From contig NC_087437.1 in assembly GCF_036321535.1 (NCBI RefSeq), forward strand, positions 68,326,001 through 68,390,000: a stretch of DNA of 64,000 nucleotides, written 5' to 3'. Shown here piece after piece: positions 48,301 through 60,760 of the stretch. The first letter of the stretch is position 1; each line of letters starts with the position of its first letter. Both the position numbers and the translations under genes were made by a program. Under the pieces are notes generated by a model, which saw only the letters and a program-made list of their open reading frames with translations, ran no database searches and was not told the DNA's origin. This stretch comes from Camelus dromedarius (Eukaryota).

Positions 48301-49959
48301 CCATTCTACTCTATGCCAGTGTCAGTTGCGTTTTGCAGAGATGGCTCCAAAATATCGCAACTAAAGTTCCTATTTAATTTAAAGCTGTTTTAGTGGGTGA
48401 GCTCTGCTGTTGTAAATTGTGATTCTAAATCAGTGATTTACAGAGGAACAAGCCCTTGTTGAAATATGAATGCTATTTAACTTCTGAAAAATAGGACAAG
48501 CTATGTTGTCCCTCAGTCATTTAATCAGTCTGATGACATTATTTCTTGAGTACCTACTAGACTCTGAAACCATAGTGTATGCTTTAGGGAAATACAGAAG
48601 AAAAATGTTGGTTCCTCCCTCCAAGGAATTGGAAAGGCAGAATGTATCCAAATAATTAAGGACATCTGCAGCATTAACTGATTTTTATAAGACTAGAAAA
48701 ACAGTGAATACAAAATACCAGAATGTGGTTCATCCTTGAGTAAAACCATGACTTAATGGGTTCAGGCCAAGGACATTGTGTCATGACTAAAGTGTCACGG
48801 CAAAGTTTCCACAACATTTCCAAAGATTAAGGTTGAATGAGTATAAATAAATACAGCTTCCTCTTACAATTGAATAAAATTATATATATTCCAAGAAGTT
48901 ACTTTCCTGAAGCACCTAGAATTTTCTTTGCGGAAGTAAACGTGTGGCTGCCAGGAAGCCTGGCTGAATACACGAGTTGGCATAGTGAGGAAGAGGAGAG
49001 ACGTGGAAGTCCCCAGCAGTGAAAACCCCCTCATCTTGTTGGGGCAACAGTGAAGATGTGGCAGAACACTGACCACCAAGATCACTGAGGAGGAGAACAC
49101 AGTCGTAGTGGATGACAGCACAGTGTATGAGTGGCTTGAGTTGTCCTATAATAATTAGGTTAGAGTGATGGCTCTAGGAAGCAATCTGTAGCTGGCATGA
49201 ATGGCTCTGTAACGAGGTTTTAGTGTTGTGGAGGCAGGAAGACTAGGGCGAGGAAAGAAGGAGAGAGAAAATGGCTGTGTATTGGCCCTTCCCAGAGGTT
49301 TGACTAATAACCTTGAACATCTTAGAATAAATCTAACCAGTGTGGTAGATGTTTCTCAGCCCTGTTCACCATTCTTACTTGTTTTCCATATTCCTTTTCT
49401 AACTTTTGTCCACTTACTTCTTTGTTTCCCTGTCTTTCCTGCTTTTCATTACATTTCCTTCTTCATTTCTCTTTGATCATCCCCCTTAATGAAAACTTGA
49501 GTGAGGTTTTGAATCTTCTGAGTCTGTTTTCTGAAGTCAGGATTTTCACATGGATGGTTACTGGGGGCAGGTTATCTCAAATATCAATTGGAACCAACAG
49601 ATGGGGACTCTTGGCTGAGGGGGAATGGAGATCTGGGATCCTCAGGCAAATCAATCTTACTTGGCCCCGTTTGAAAATGCCAGGACTTTGGAGGATATTC
49701 AACTGTAATGTGATTAACAAGTATACAGTGAAAAGTGAACCTAATTTAAGAATTCTCCCCTGAAGCTGGGACTATGAAGGGACTATATATGTCAAGATTC
49801 TAGAGCCCGGTTTTCTGTATTTCCTCCTTAATGCTTATGTGCTAGGGCATGTGTTTCATAATAATGTCTTCTATCAATATATACATTTCCACTTAAGAAG
49901 TACCATCAGATACATCATCTGTTGATGTTGATGGTCACATGATCACATGATAGGTAAGG

Positions 49960-50290
49960 TAAGCATTATTATCCTTATACTATAAATACAGGGAATTAGC
50001 CTCAAAGAAGTTAAGTGCCTAGGTAGGTAATACTCAGAATCATATTCACCTGTTGTTCACTGAGCATCTAATAAGTATTGGGCGATTTGCTACATGATGA
50101 CACTTGTATTATCTTTCTGTTATTGTTCATAACAATGCAGTGGAATTGGTGGTGGTACTTGCATTAAGCTGGTAAGTCTGGGAGCATGTAAACCAGTGTT
50201 GAGAGTCAGGAAACTCTTAAGGAATAGAGCTGAGATTTAAGTTCAGGCGTAGCGAAGCCAAGCCCACTGCTCTTTGTACCTGTGATGCTA
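49960..50290 (-). mobile_element. Two adjacent MIR fragments
   Basis: aagcattattatccttatactataaatacagggaattagcctcaaagaagttaagtgcc; and gttcactgagcatcta...gaatagagctgagatttaagttcaggc...caagcccactgctctt. Confidence 0.6.
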
Positions 50291-50524
50291 AATGTAACTC
50301 TTAGCTGTTACTATGGCATAATATCTGGGTCACAAAACCTCTCAAATTCTGTCCTATTCATAGTGATTTCCTCTTATATCCATGTCCTAAAGTTACTTTC
50401 TCCTCATGCCAGCCAGGCAGCAGGAAACAGACACAGACATGATAATTGTGTTAAGAACAGTGATAATAAAATCTAGCATTTATTGGGCATTCACCAGGTG
50501 CCTTGTGCTAAATTCTTTCTTTGC

Positions 50525-50945
50525 CTTAATAAAGAGACTGACTGCAGTTTTGAGGCCTCATGGCTGACAGCTTTCCAGCCCCACCGCTAGTCTTTTATCC
50601 TTCTGCCCTGTATCTGGGCAAGCTGGTAAGAAAGTCTGGTTGCTCTGTTCTTTGGCACCTGCAGGGGTTCCAACCCTGACCTGTGAGGGGAACACACATC
50701 ACAGCCCCTCTCCCCAACCATCAGAAGATCCTAAGTCAGGTGCCCCTCTGCTTTCTCAAGCTCTTTTTAGTCTTAAGCTTAGGAGCCTGGCCTGCCTTCT
50801 CTAGAAATCCTCATTATGGGAGAAATAAAGCTTTTCATACTTCCTTGGGAGGGGGCGAGGGTGGTGTGTGTGTGTGTGGCATCAATTAGTCTTACCATTC
50901 AAATCAAATTTAAGGTAATTTGTCCATCTTGCTTATAGAGCATCT
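50525..50945 (+). mobile_element. ERVL-class solo LTR fragment (MER77/MER21-group-like) inserted in a MIR
   Basis: cttctgccctgtatctgggcaagctggtaagaaag...cctcattatgggagaaataaagcttttcatac...gtgtgtggcatca with an AATAAA signal. MIR halves lie at about 50458-50520 and 50950-51030. Confidence 0.6.
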
Positions 50946-51043
50946 TCTTCAGGACATTACCACTCATCCTGTAGCCACACAGCCATTATTATGTACAGCC
51001 CAATAAATGAGGAACTTGGAACACAAAGGAAGAACTAACCACA

Positions 51044-51046
<3 letters not shown>

Positions 51047-51081
<35 letters not shown>

Positions 51082-51092
51082 GTAGGTAGGTA
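51047..51092. repeat. Compound microsatellite (TG)16 followed by (TAGG)3
   Basis: Counted directly: TG x16 at 51047-51078, then taggtaggtagg. Confidence 0.95.
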
Positions 51093-52442
51093 AAGGATCA
51101 CAGAAGTCAGCTAGATGGCTCCTGGAAAAAACTGCAAAGGAATTTGTTTTTATAAGTTTAAGAAAATCCTTCCTAGCCTTCCTTGATCAAGAAGACTTGA
51201 AATATCAGATGACTGATGGTTGAGGTAGATAATGTTTTCTAAAGTTTTAGAAGGTCCTTGGTAAGCATTTCAAAGACAGGTATAATGAAAATTGATATTT
51301 CACAAGTTCCTGCCTGTTCATAATCAAATTATGTCCTTCAGGTATATCAAAGCTCAGCCTCAAAACAGTTTCTAGGTGTGTTCCCTAAGGAAAATAGGAT
51401 GGAAAATAAATCCTTGCTGAATTTTCTCTCCCTGCTGGTTTGGAGGAAGCTTAATTAAAATGTGTTACCTTCTAGAATCCCTCATCAGATTTCCAGGGCC
51501 TTTCTTTTGTTCTTTTCTACCCTTCCCCTAATCCCAGAACTCTGTCTGAGCACTGTACTGAGCTCCTGGTGTTACTAATAACTCATCCCGTTGTCTCTCT
51601 GACAGAAGCATATATAGACAGTGAGATCTCCAGGCCTAAAAAGCAGAGCCAAGTTGTACTTAGTGCCAAAATGAGAGCATCCTCTGAGTATTTTGACCCT
51701 AACAAATCAGAGGGATCTGCTGTATAGAACACAGAAGACATAAGTTATAAAAAGTATTTCTGAGAATTTAAGCCAGAGTTCATGAAAAGATACCTACTTT
51801 AAAATTTTTTCCATTAAAAACAATTCCACGGGTGTTTTACTAAAAGCTCAGGAAACACCCTTCTAATGTAACTTATTCTATTTGCAATTTGTTGCTCTTA
51901 AAACACAGCTTCATTTTCTAGACACCAATTTCATGCTGAAGTATTAAATTCCTTTAGTGATGCACATTTCTTTATAATTGTTTTCTTACACAGACATCAT
52001 TTGCCACAGTCAGAGATTTTTTTTTTTCCTGGACCTTATCTATAGACACCTTATATTCTCTAGTTTTTGCTTGTGTCTGTACATTTTTATTCTACATCTT
52101 ATTTCCAACCTACCTTTTCTTCTTACATGTCTAGTGTCTCTTTTGGGCATTTGTCCTTTGTCATGAAAGAAAGTCTCTTTATAGGAGATCGGTCCTGATT
52201 TCACCATGGTTGAAAAACAGACCAGAATTGTGTGCAGTGGATATGTGAGTATAGCTGTTAAGAGAAGATGGAAGACAGACAGGAAAGGCTCACCTCCATG
52301 AATTCTGAAAAATCGGAAACTAATAGCTTCAGCATCAAATGAAGTGAAAGTGGAGATGACTGGTAAAAGTCACATTCTTACCTTAAGTAGTGCCGAAGTA
52401 AATCATTGTACCATGCTTGTGGTTGTCTACCTGTATTATCTA

Positions 52443-52934
52443 CAAACGATCCCCGATTTACAATGGCTCGGCTTATGATTGTTCGACTTTACAATGGTGT
52501 AAAAGTGATAAGCATTCAGTAAAAACCGTATTTGGAATTTGGAGTTTGAATCTTTGCTGCTCTAGCCATATGCAGTACTATCTCCTGATGCTAGACAGGG
52601 CCGTTAAGCCGCAGCTCACAGTCAGCCACGCGATCACAAGGGTAAACAAGACTTAAAACCATTCTATGCCCATACAACCATTCTGTGTCTCCCTTTCAGT
52701 ACAGCATCCAATAAAGTACAGGAGATAGTCAACACTATACTCTAAAATAAGGTTTGTGGTAGATGATTTTGCCCAAGTATAAGCTAATGTAATTGTTCTG
52801 AGCAAATTTTAGGTAGGCTAGGCTAGGCTACCTTCAGTAAGGTAGGTGTATTCAGTGCATTTTCAACTTCTGATATTTTCAATTTACAATGAGTTTACTG
52901 GGGCATAATCCCATCCTAAGTTGAAAAAGATCTA
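52443..52934 (-). mobile_element. MER47/Tigger5-family MITE (TcMar-Tigger)
   Basis: TA flanks at 52441-52442 and 52935-52936; degenerate TIRs caaacgatccccgatttacaatgg and ccatcctaagttgaaaaagatcta; internal tagatgattttgcccaa and ggtaggctaggctaggcta match MER47. Confidence 0.88.
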
Positions 52935-53689
52935 TACTGTGTTATTCAAGATCTCCATGCACTCATTATAGAGTAAGCATCGTTACCTGACTGTGCATGT
53001 AGTAAGGTTAACAGGACATTATGTTGGAAAAGTAATGAAGAAGAGGTGAAAGGAAGTATATGGCCTTTCAACAATCAGGAAACATTTTTTGAAATGTTGT
53101 TGGAAGTGATGGTATTTTAAAGTACTCTTCTTATGAAATTTAACTAAGTGACTAATTCTCCATTTCTCACCTCATTTTCTGAGCTATGTTAAAAGCAGGC
53201 TAGAATGATTTACAGGGACAGATGCCATGGACCAAGACTTTGTGCTCTGTGGACATAGACACTAAACATCTCACCCCAAACTATATTAGTGTTTAGATTG
53301 CCCTGACAGTCTCAAAATTATTATCAAAAATGGATGAGCTTCCGAATGTACCGTAGAACTACTTGGCTTTAAAACTTAAGGATGGCAGGAGTGGAGTGGG
53401 TGGGGTGTGGGGTGGAGAAAAGAGATCCTTATACCAGCTCTCATCTCACAGTGAAAACTGAATATTTGACTTTTGGAATCAAAGTGTCACAGAAGCAAAT
53501 CAGCTTTGCTTTAAGAGAACTGAGCATCCAAAAATAAATGAATAAATTAATTAATTAAACTCACAGAAATGGGTTGATAGAAATTCATGGGGTACAGGAA
53601 GGGACAAAAAGCATACTTTTATGGGTCAGATAAATGTGTCTTTTTCCAGGCAAAATTTGAAATAGGAAACTCCTAGACCTATTCCTTTA

Positions 53690-53860
53690 TGTAATGTAGC
53701 CTCAGGATTTTAGGTACTCAAAGTATTATCATCCCCATGTGGACGAGACAGCAATGCCTAGGAGATGTCAAGTAGCTTTGCCAAGGAGGTATAGCTACAA
53801 GGTCCAGAACTGGGTGCTGGAATTCAAGTTTCCTTACTCTGAGCAAAGTAGTTCCTTTCT
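53690..53860 (-). mobile_element. MIR SINE
   Basis: gtattatcatccccatgtggacgagacagcaatgcctaggagatgtcaagtagctttgccaagg...gctggaattcaag. Confidence 0.55.
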
Positions 53861-56800
53861 ACATTGGCAGCTTTTTAAATAACAAGGAGATAACTGTTTT
53901 TCTCGACTGATTTCAGTAATAGCCTTCTGAGGAAAGAAGGGACATCTTCCTGGGAGATTGAAGTATACTTACCCCAGGGGATAAATAAACATTTGCCTGG
54001 TGACCTGCATCTGTGACCTGACCAGGAATACATGCAACCCTTTCCAAGTGTAGGACTTGCCCTCTGCCTGGTGATTTGGCTCCTATGAAATCCACCATCC
54101 AGTGTCAAGTCCTGCTTTCAGAATGCCTGTGATTCAAGTCCCAGCGGATGACCTGCTATAACAGCACACTCCCTGGGTAAATTAGAGACACTTTAATAAG
54201 TTTGTAATCTATACATAATCTCACTTTGGAGAAATATTGGAGTAATAGTTTTTTCATTGATAAACATATTATACATGCAATAAATATTTGAGTAAAAGTA
54301 TTTTAAAACAACTTCTATGTATTTAGCCCTGCAACCATAGTTTCTTACTCCACCTCAATAGATTCCAGTCATGTATACATTTATGGTGTTTTTTCCCTTG
54401 TGAAAATGTATAGATTTACTTTTCTAACACCCTGTTTTAAGAAACCAAGTGGATCATTCTGAAATTGAACTAATTTTTTATTGAAGCAAAAAGTAAAAAT
54501 ACTACCAAAAATATTATTATAAAGAAATGTGAAAATACAGAAGGAAAACAAAATGACATATAAAATGTTATCCTGTAAGAAAGTGGATCTGATCTTCAAT
54601 TAACTAATTGAACAAGCAAGAAGACTTTGCCTTGTCCCACACTTGGATGCCGTAACAGACTCCCAGATCCAACTTTAGAAGTTCTAAGTTTTTATCTTCT
54701 CCTTTATTCTTTTTTTCTTTCCAGAAGTTTATACTGATTCTAGAGATGTCTATGGATGATGAATAAGACCAACAGCCCAGTTTGGGGTAAAAATGTAGCA
54801 TCATACTTCCTCAAGTAGCTGTTAACACGGGGCAAAGGAACAGACAGAGACAACCACCACTAATAGTGTGGCTTAAAAGTACCCTGAATCTCTCGCCCCT
54901 AAAAGGGAGATCAGTTTTGTGAGGTAATTTTTTTCACAATTTGAACATTCTGAGCCAGTTTTCTGTGTTGGTTAGGAAGTATTACAGAACCAGAAGCTGA
55001 TAGAAATAGACCCAAAGGCAGGCGGGGAAGGTGGTCTGATAGTGTAGTAAGAAGACAGACTGTAGGGATCTTAAAGAGCTGAGATGTCTTGGTGACTGGA
55101 CTGCTTTCTTGCTGGCAAGTCTTTAGCACACACTAAGAGCCTTAGTTTCCTTATCTGTAAACAGAGCCAATTATGTTATTTTTTCAAGTAATTATTACAG
55201 CTAAGTGGTACTTGACTTAAATATTAAATAGTCCATATTCAATATGACTGTAAGTCTAGGACTCAGTCTTCCTTATAAAACTGTAACATTGCAAATCAAC
55301 TCCAACACTGAACACAGGAGAGGGGAACACCCATCCATCACTCCCTCTTTTGGAATGTGGATGGACTCCTGAAAACCTCCCCTAAGTGTGGGTTTTTGGA
55401 ATAAGTGTTCAAATCAAAGTGATGAATATATTGACCGATCAGTTATTTCTTCTTTCATGTGAAAAGAGCTATACCTAGGTTTAATTATTTTTCATACTGC
55501 CATTCTGAAAGCCATTAATTCACATGCCAGGGCAAGTCATGATCAAAAATTTGTTTGTGATGCGGGTACTTGTGATATGTTGAGGCACATGCTGCAATGT
55601 GAAGTTTTAAACACAAAACCCCCGAATTTTGAGCCCTGTCTCCAAATTGCACTAAGAAACATAGTTCCAAACCAAAGGTCGGGTTTTCTTTTTTTTTTTT
55701 TTCCATTTGAAAGTGGCCAGAAAAACCCTATCTCATAAAGATCAGACCCAAGCTTCCTGAGAAGGAACAGAGATCCTTGCAATCGCTCTGCCTTCTCTCC
55801 ATCACACAGGTACTTTCTCAAAGCATCCTGCCTCTTGGAATCCAGAGTAAAAGTAGTGGCTGCTTAAAAAGGGCAATAAATATAAATGATACCTATGGGT
55901 AATAGGTTTGAAATTGCTGTGTTCCTTAGTAACTGGATATAGTTACAAGTACCCTGGATTCCACGGGGCTACAGTGCAATTATCACTATCGTTTCCAGGA
56001 TAAACGGGAAGGATTACAACAGTATGGCCACAAGTCAGTCATGTGAAAAAAGAGATCTAACCCAGAAAGATATTAGTAGTTATGCATATTTTTCTCCATG
56101 ATCGTTTCACATTGGGAGCCTGGGTATTCATATGTCTAAAAGCACATAAATCTATGTGATTAAATCCGTATAAGTTACAATATATTACCATTATAGTAAG
56201 GCTACTGCAGGGTTCCTTAGTAAGTTAAAAAAAAAAAAGGTGGAAAAATAATGAGTGATATCACTGCACTGTAGCAGTGGGCAGGTTATCGTGTATTTTG
56301 GAAGTAATTAAAGACGATTGAGTGATACTTCCCAGCCTAATGAGTGATTCTGCCACAGCCTCGCAGCAGGGAGGCTCCTGTGTGTTCCTGCGTATTTCCA
56401 TAGTATTTACTGGGGTAATGACTGTTATTGCTGTGGTGTAACAGCAGGGTGCACTGCTTGCTGGGTTTCCCCTGAGAACTCAGTCATAATTAGAAGGCAA
56501 ATTGTGATTGCCGTTTTGCAAGACACCAATCATTATCTATTCCTATACAGTTCCATAGTAATTACCCAATGGAATAGTACTATATCCCAGGGTATTTACT
56601 TTGAACAAAACAAGGCAGATTTTTTAAAAAATTCAATTAATTCATTATTTTTTGATGTTATGACTTAATGACATCTTTTCTCATTTGGTTATAGAATATA
56701 TAGTTATTGGAATTGTGAATTGGCTTGTAATCACTGACTCACATACCATGTTTGCTGTTGCTTCTCCGGGGCCTTGGAAGTGGGGTTGGCCAATGTGTTT

Positions 56801-57269
56801 GTGGCGTTGTTCAAGCTTCTCAGTGCAAGTGTGGGGAAGGGATGGCAGAAATGAGGAGAAAACAGGCTTGTCACATGCAGTCATCCTTTACACTTGAACA
56901 GTTGTATTTGAGTATTCTGCATCTCCATGCCTCTCCTTAGAGTCTAAGAATAGTGCCCATGTATCAACCAAGAGGACATAATAGTCAACAGAACAAAGCC
57001 TCAAACCAGCCAATATTTTGATTTACCTTACAAGCTGTTAAGTACAGAGAACTATCATGGCTTAAAATATTTTGACTTACCGTCCGCACCGCTGACTGAA
57101 ATATCCCGTGGATCCAGATGTTTTCACTTTGGACTCTCCCAGTGTCCTCCCCCTTGATTTTAATTTGGGAAAATGTGGCCCACATAAGTACAGAAAGGTG
57201 CTTTGTGCAGGAGGGCGGGAGAGTAGGATTCTGGTTGGGCTCTACCCTTGTAGGGATATCACCTGACTA

Positions 57270-57515
57270 TAGAGAGTAATGGTAAAGAATATGTGCTCTG
57301 GCGTCTGACTGCCTGAGTTCGAGTCCCAGCATTACCAGTTAGGGGCATCTGTGGGCAAATGTCTTCATCTCCATGAGCCTCAGTTTCCTCACCTATGAAA
57401 AGGGGGAAAATAATACTTGCTCACAGGCTTATTGTAAGATTTCATGAAAGGACTACATCAAATATTTATCCAAATGCTTATAGAATAAGTTGCCATGAGG
57501 AGTTAGCTATGGTTA
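57270..57515 (+). mobile_element. MIR SINE, near full length
   Basis: gtaatggtaaagaatatgtgctctggcgtctgactgcctgagttcgagtcccagc...catgagcctcagtttcctcacctatgaaaaggggg...gttagctat. Confidence 0.85.
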
Positions 57516-58612
57516 CTGATCAACTCATTGAGTCTTTTTTTTTTTAGAAATTTTTAAATCCCAAATTTTATCTTATTTTTTTTCATTGAATCTTAATAGG
57601 AAAGAAAATGTTACTTGCTCCTGAAGCTTCCATCTATCTCCCCAAATGTTTGATTCAGTGACTCAGTGACATTTTGTGTTTGTGTTGACATTTTGTGGCT
57701 GTGTCAAAATAAAGCAGAAAATAGACATACACACACATGTAAAATGAGGGCTACTTCCTAATCTGAAATATCTTATTTCCTCATTTCTCCACCTTACACA
57801 CTAGAGAGCCAGTAAATCTGAAATCTGAATTCGGGCTGTGGTAGAAATAAGAGAGGAAAGACCCTCAGACGGATCCAGTAGAATGTAAGAAAAATCCATC
57901 TGCCATTCACACTGGTATTTACAGCACTGTTTGTGGAAATTTGCTCAGAAGTGGCAGCCAAATGAGATAAAGCTCTTAGAAGGTAAAATCAGTGAGGTAT
58001 GAAAATACTCTGTCTCTAAGAGTCTGGGTGAGGAGTGTGGAGTTTTCTCTCACTTTTAGGACTTCTCTGAAGAAAGGATTTTAAGTCCAACAACACTCAT
58101 CTATCCATTTTCACCCACGTACTATTTAGTTTCCCTGCAAATTTTTCCAACTTGGAATTGCTTTATACCATCAAAGATCCTAGGGCTGAAAGAATTTCTC
58201 CCATTGCTACTTAGCACAGAGGGACTTAGAAAGTGAACCTCTCAACAGGGAGACCAGAACTCCAAGAATAAACTGCTGTAGTTAGTTTTGTGCAAAGTGA
58301 GAATAGTAGAGGGAACTGTCTATGTTAACGGTCTGTGCATTGCTAGACCTTAAGAATTTGATGGAAACTTCACACTTGTGTAGAACTGGGACACTTGAAT
58401 GACTCTGAGTTTGCTGCAACTAGTGTTAAAACTCCCTAGATACAGAAGCCCATGCTGACAGCAAACAGCACGAGAACTGAATGTCAAGGGATCTGCCAAC
58501 GACATAACAGTGGGTACATCAGGAAGTTAGTAAGACCCAGGCATTTTCTCTCAAGCCACATATTTATGGGTTTCACCAACCCACGTTGTATACTATCACA
58601 GTGTTGTGTATG

Positions 58613-58803
58613 CAGTTGATCCTCGAACCATGTGGGGATTAATCCATATATAACTTATAGTTGGGCCTCTGTTTCCATGGTTCCTCTGTATCAAGGATTC
58701 AATCAAGCACAGACCATGTGGTGCCACAGTATTTACTATTGAAAAATATCCGTGTATAAGTCGACCCATGCAGTTTAAACCCTTGTTGTTCAAGGGCCAA
58801 CTG
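58613..58803. mobile_element. Tigger2a/MER8-like MITE (TcMar-Tigger)
   Basis: TIRs cagttgatcctcgaacca and tgttcaagggccaactg, TA at 58804-58805; internal ttgaaaaatatccgtgtataagtcgacccatgcagtttaaaccc. Confidence 0.88.
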
Positions 58804-59565
58804 TATAATGATATGTACACTAATTGTTTAGTAAATCAGATGCATTTGTAATTCCAAAGAGTGGGTTCTTAGATGTGAGTTCACCCTTTTATTGTTTTTA
58901 TAAGACCCTGGATGGAGAGGTAAACAGAATAGACCAAAATGTTAATTGCAGACAAGGATTCCCACATGCAGCAATGTCAGGCTGGGTGGGTGGTACCCCT
59001 GCAGAATCGTTCCTCCAGGAGGCTAATTTCTCGTCTGGTAGGCCACGTGGCGTATGTGGTCCTGAGATCTCTTTCCCTGCTAATGCAGCGCCCTCCATCA
59101 TTTCACCGTGGCATGTCCGTCCATCTTTGTGAGCACAATTTTTTATTAATCAGCGAAACATTTGGGCCTTTGAAATTGAAATGGATTTCAGTCTTCTTTA
59201 TGTATTAATTATTGATAAATGGAGCCTGGGAGACAAGAAATAAGCCTGGCATGATTAAAGACAGATAGTTTTTAATTTTATGTCTCTTGCAGTGACAGAG
59301 AAATTTAGTTTAATAGGAGTAATTTTTCAAAGGAGATGCAATCATGAGGGAGGGTGAATAGAGAATGGGCAAAGCATACTAAAAAAAGAAAGAGCTGGTA
59401 GGAGATATAGGATACTTCCACAGATGATCTTAAAGTTTCCTAGAAGGCGTTATCAAGAGGTAGGGGCAGAAATCTCTTGAAAGTTTTAACTGTGTGTTTG
59501 CAGATATGAACTGTAACCCTAAAACCAGATCCTATTTTATTATTTTCAAAAGACATTCATTATAA

Positions 59566-59735
59566 CAAACTATTATGTATTCAATAAGCTACAAGGATAT
59601 ACTATTCAAAACAGGGAATATAGCCAATATTTTGTAATAACTATAGATGGAGTATAACCTTTAAAAATTGTGAGTCACTATATTGTACACCATAAATTAA
59701 ATACTATTGTACATCAACTATACTTCAGTTAAAAG
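59566..59735 (+). mobile_element. 5'-truncated L1 3' end (a different L1 subfamily from the other tails)
   Basis: caaactattatgtattcaataagctacaaggatatac...cagggaatatagccaatattttgtaataact...attgtacatcaactatacttca. TSD aaagacattcattataa (59549-59565) / aaagaaatacattataa (59736-59752). Confidence 0.9.
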
Positions 59736-59859
59736 AAAGAAATACATTATAAGGAAGACAGTTCTCTATCTTTCACATTGTTTCAGGCTCCCCTAGACTG
59801 TACTAAGTCTCAAACAGCCTTAATTATGTATTGTCCCAAACAGCATGTAAAAAGATCAT

Positions 59860-60060
59860 GAGGTGTAGTAAGAAAAACTATCAGGCAAACAGGATTAGCT
59901 GAGTTCCAGCCGAGCTCCATCACTTATTAACTTGCTTTGAAGCAGTTACTAAACCTAGAGTCTCAGTTTCTCCACGTGGAAAATAGAGATATTATTGCTT
60001 CCTCCGGATCTATAGGTAGTTCCTGATGATCAGATGAAGCACTTACCATGAATGGTTTCT
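59860..60060 (+). mobile_element. MIR SINE
   Basis: gctgagttccagccgagctccatcacttattaac...gcagttactaaacctagagtctcagtttctccacgtggaaaatagagat. Confidence 0.7.
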
Positions 60061-60429
60061 GAGGTTTTTCTGAGCTCAAAATATCTAAGATTTTCTGATA
60101 CAAGAGAAATAAAATTTTTATTTTATTCCTCAGATCTTGTTTTTTGTTGGAACGTCTGCATTTTTATGGACTTCTATGTAATTGATGGGATCTACCCCCA
60201 CCCCACCACACACACACCACCAACTGCCAGTTTAACCCAATGAGCTAAAATACACTGTTGTATTTTGAGGTATCAACAAGGAAGGGAGAAGCATTACCTA
60301 ACAATAGATAACACAGAAAGAAGGAAGTAGAAGAAGAGGAGGAAATTGGCTTTTGTTTTAGAAGTCTGAGATCATACTGGGCTGTGCCTCTACTTCAAGT
60401 CCACATACTTCAGACTTGCCTGTCTGATG

Positions 60430-60760
60430 ATAGAGGAAAAAAAGGCCCTGCACACAACCACGTTGTGCCTATTTCAAGGATTATTTCTTAACTGGCCTTC
60501 CATATTCATCTTCCTAAAACCTTTTCATTATGTTCTTACCCTACTTAAAAGCCTCCAACAGCTCTCACCAGCACCACATGAAATCCATCTTTCTGTACTT
60601 CTCCTTCCAATCTCTTTCCCTCTTTAATTCATTTAATTTTGGATGTGTCTCATATCTCCTGAATAACATTGCCAGCTTCCTTAGAGTGTGATGCCTGTCT
60701 TACACAATTATTCCCCTGCAACTTGCATAGAGAAGGAAATCAATAAATGTTTCTACGTTA
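60430..60760 (+). mobile_element. L2 3' fragments
   Basis: ttcctaaaaccttttcattatgttcttaccctacttaaaagcctccaacagctc...ttgccagcttccttagag...tcaataaatgttt. Confidence 0.6.

Noticed and set aside
51606..51726. Candidate coding exon after ctctctgacag (EAYIDSEISRPKKQ...)
   Set aside because: No convincing donor, the frame ends in a stop, and I do not recognise the peptide.
56389..56446. miRNA-like hairpin
   Set aside because: Pairing relies on many G-U pairs and mismatches, and no known mature miRNA was recognised.
57075..57160. Minus-strand exon ending at a gtaagt donor
   Set aside because: Weak acceptor and unrecognised translations in all frames.
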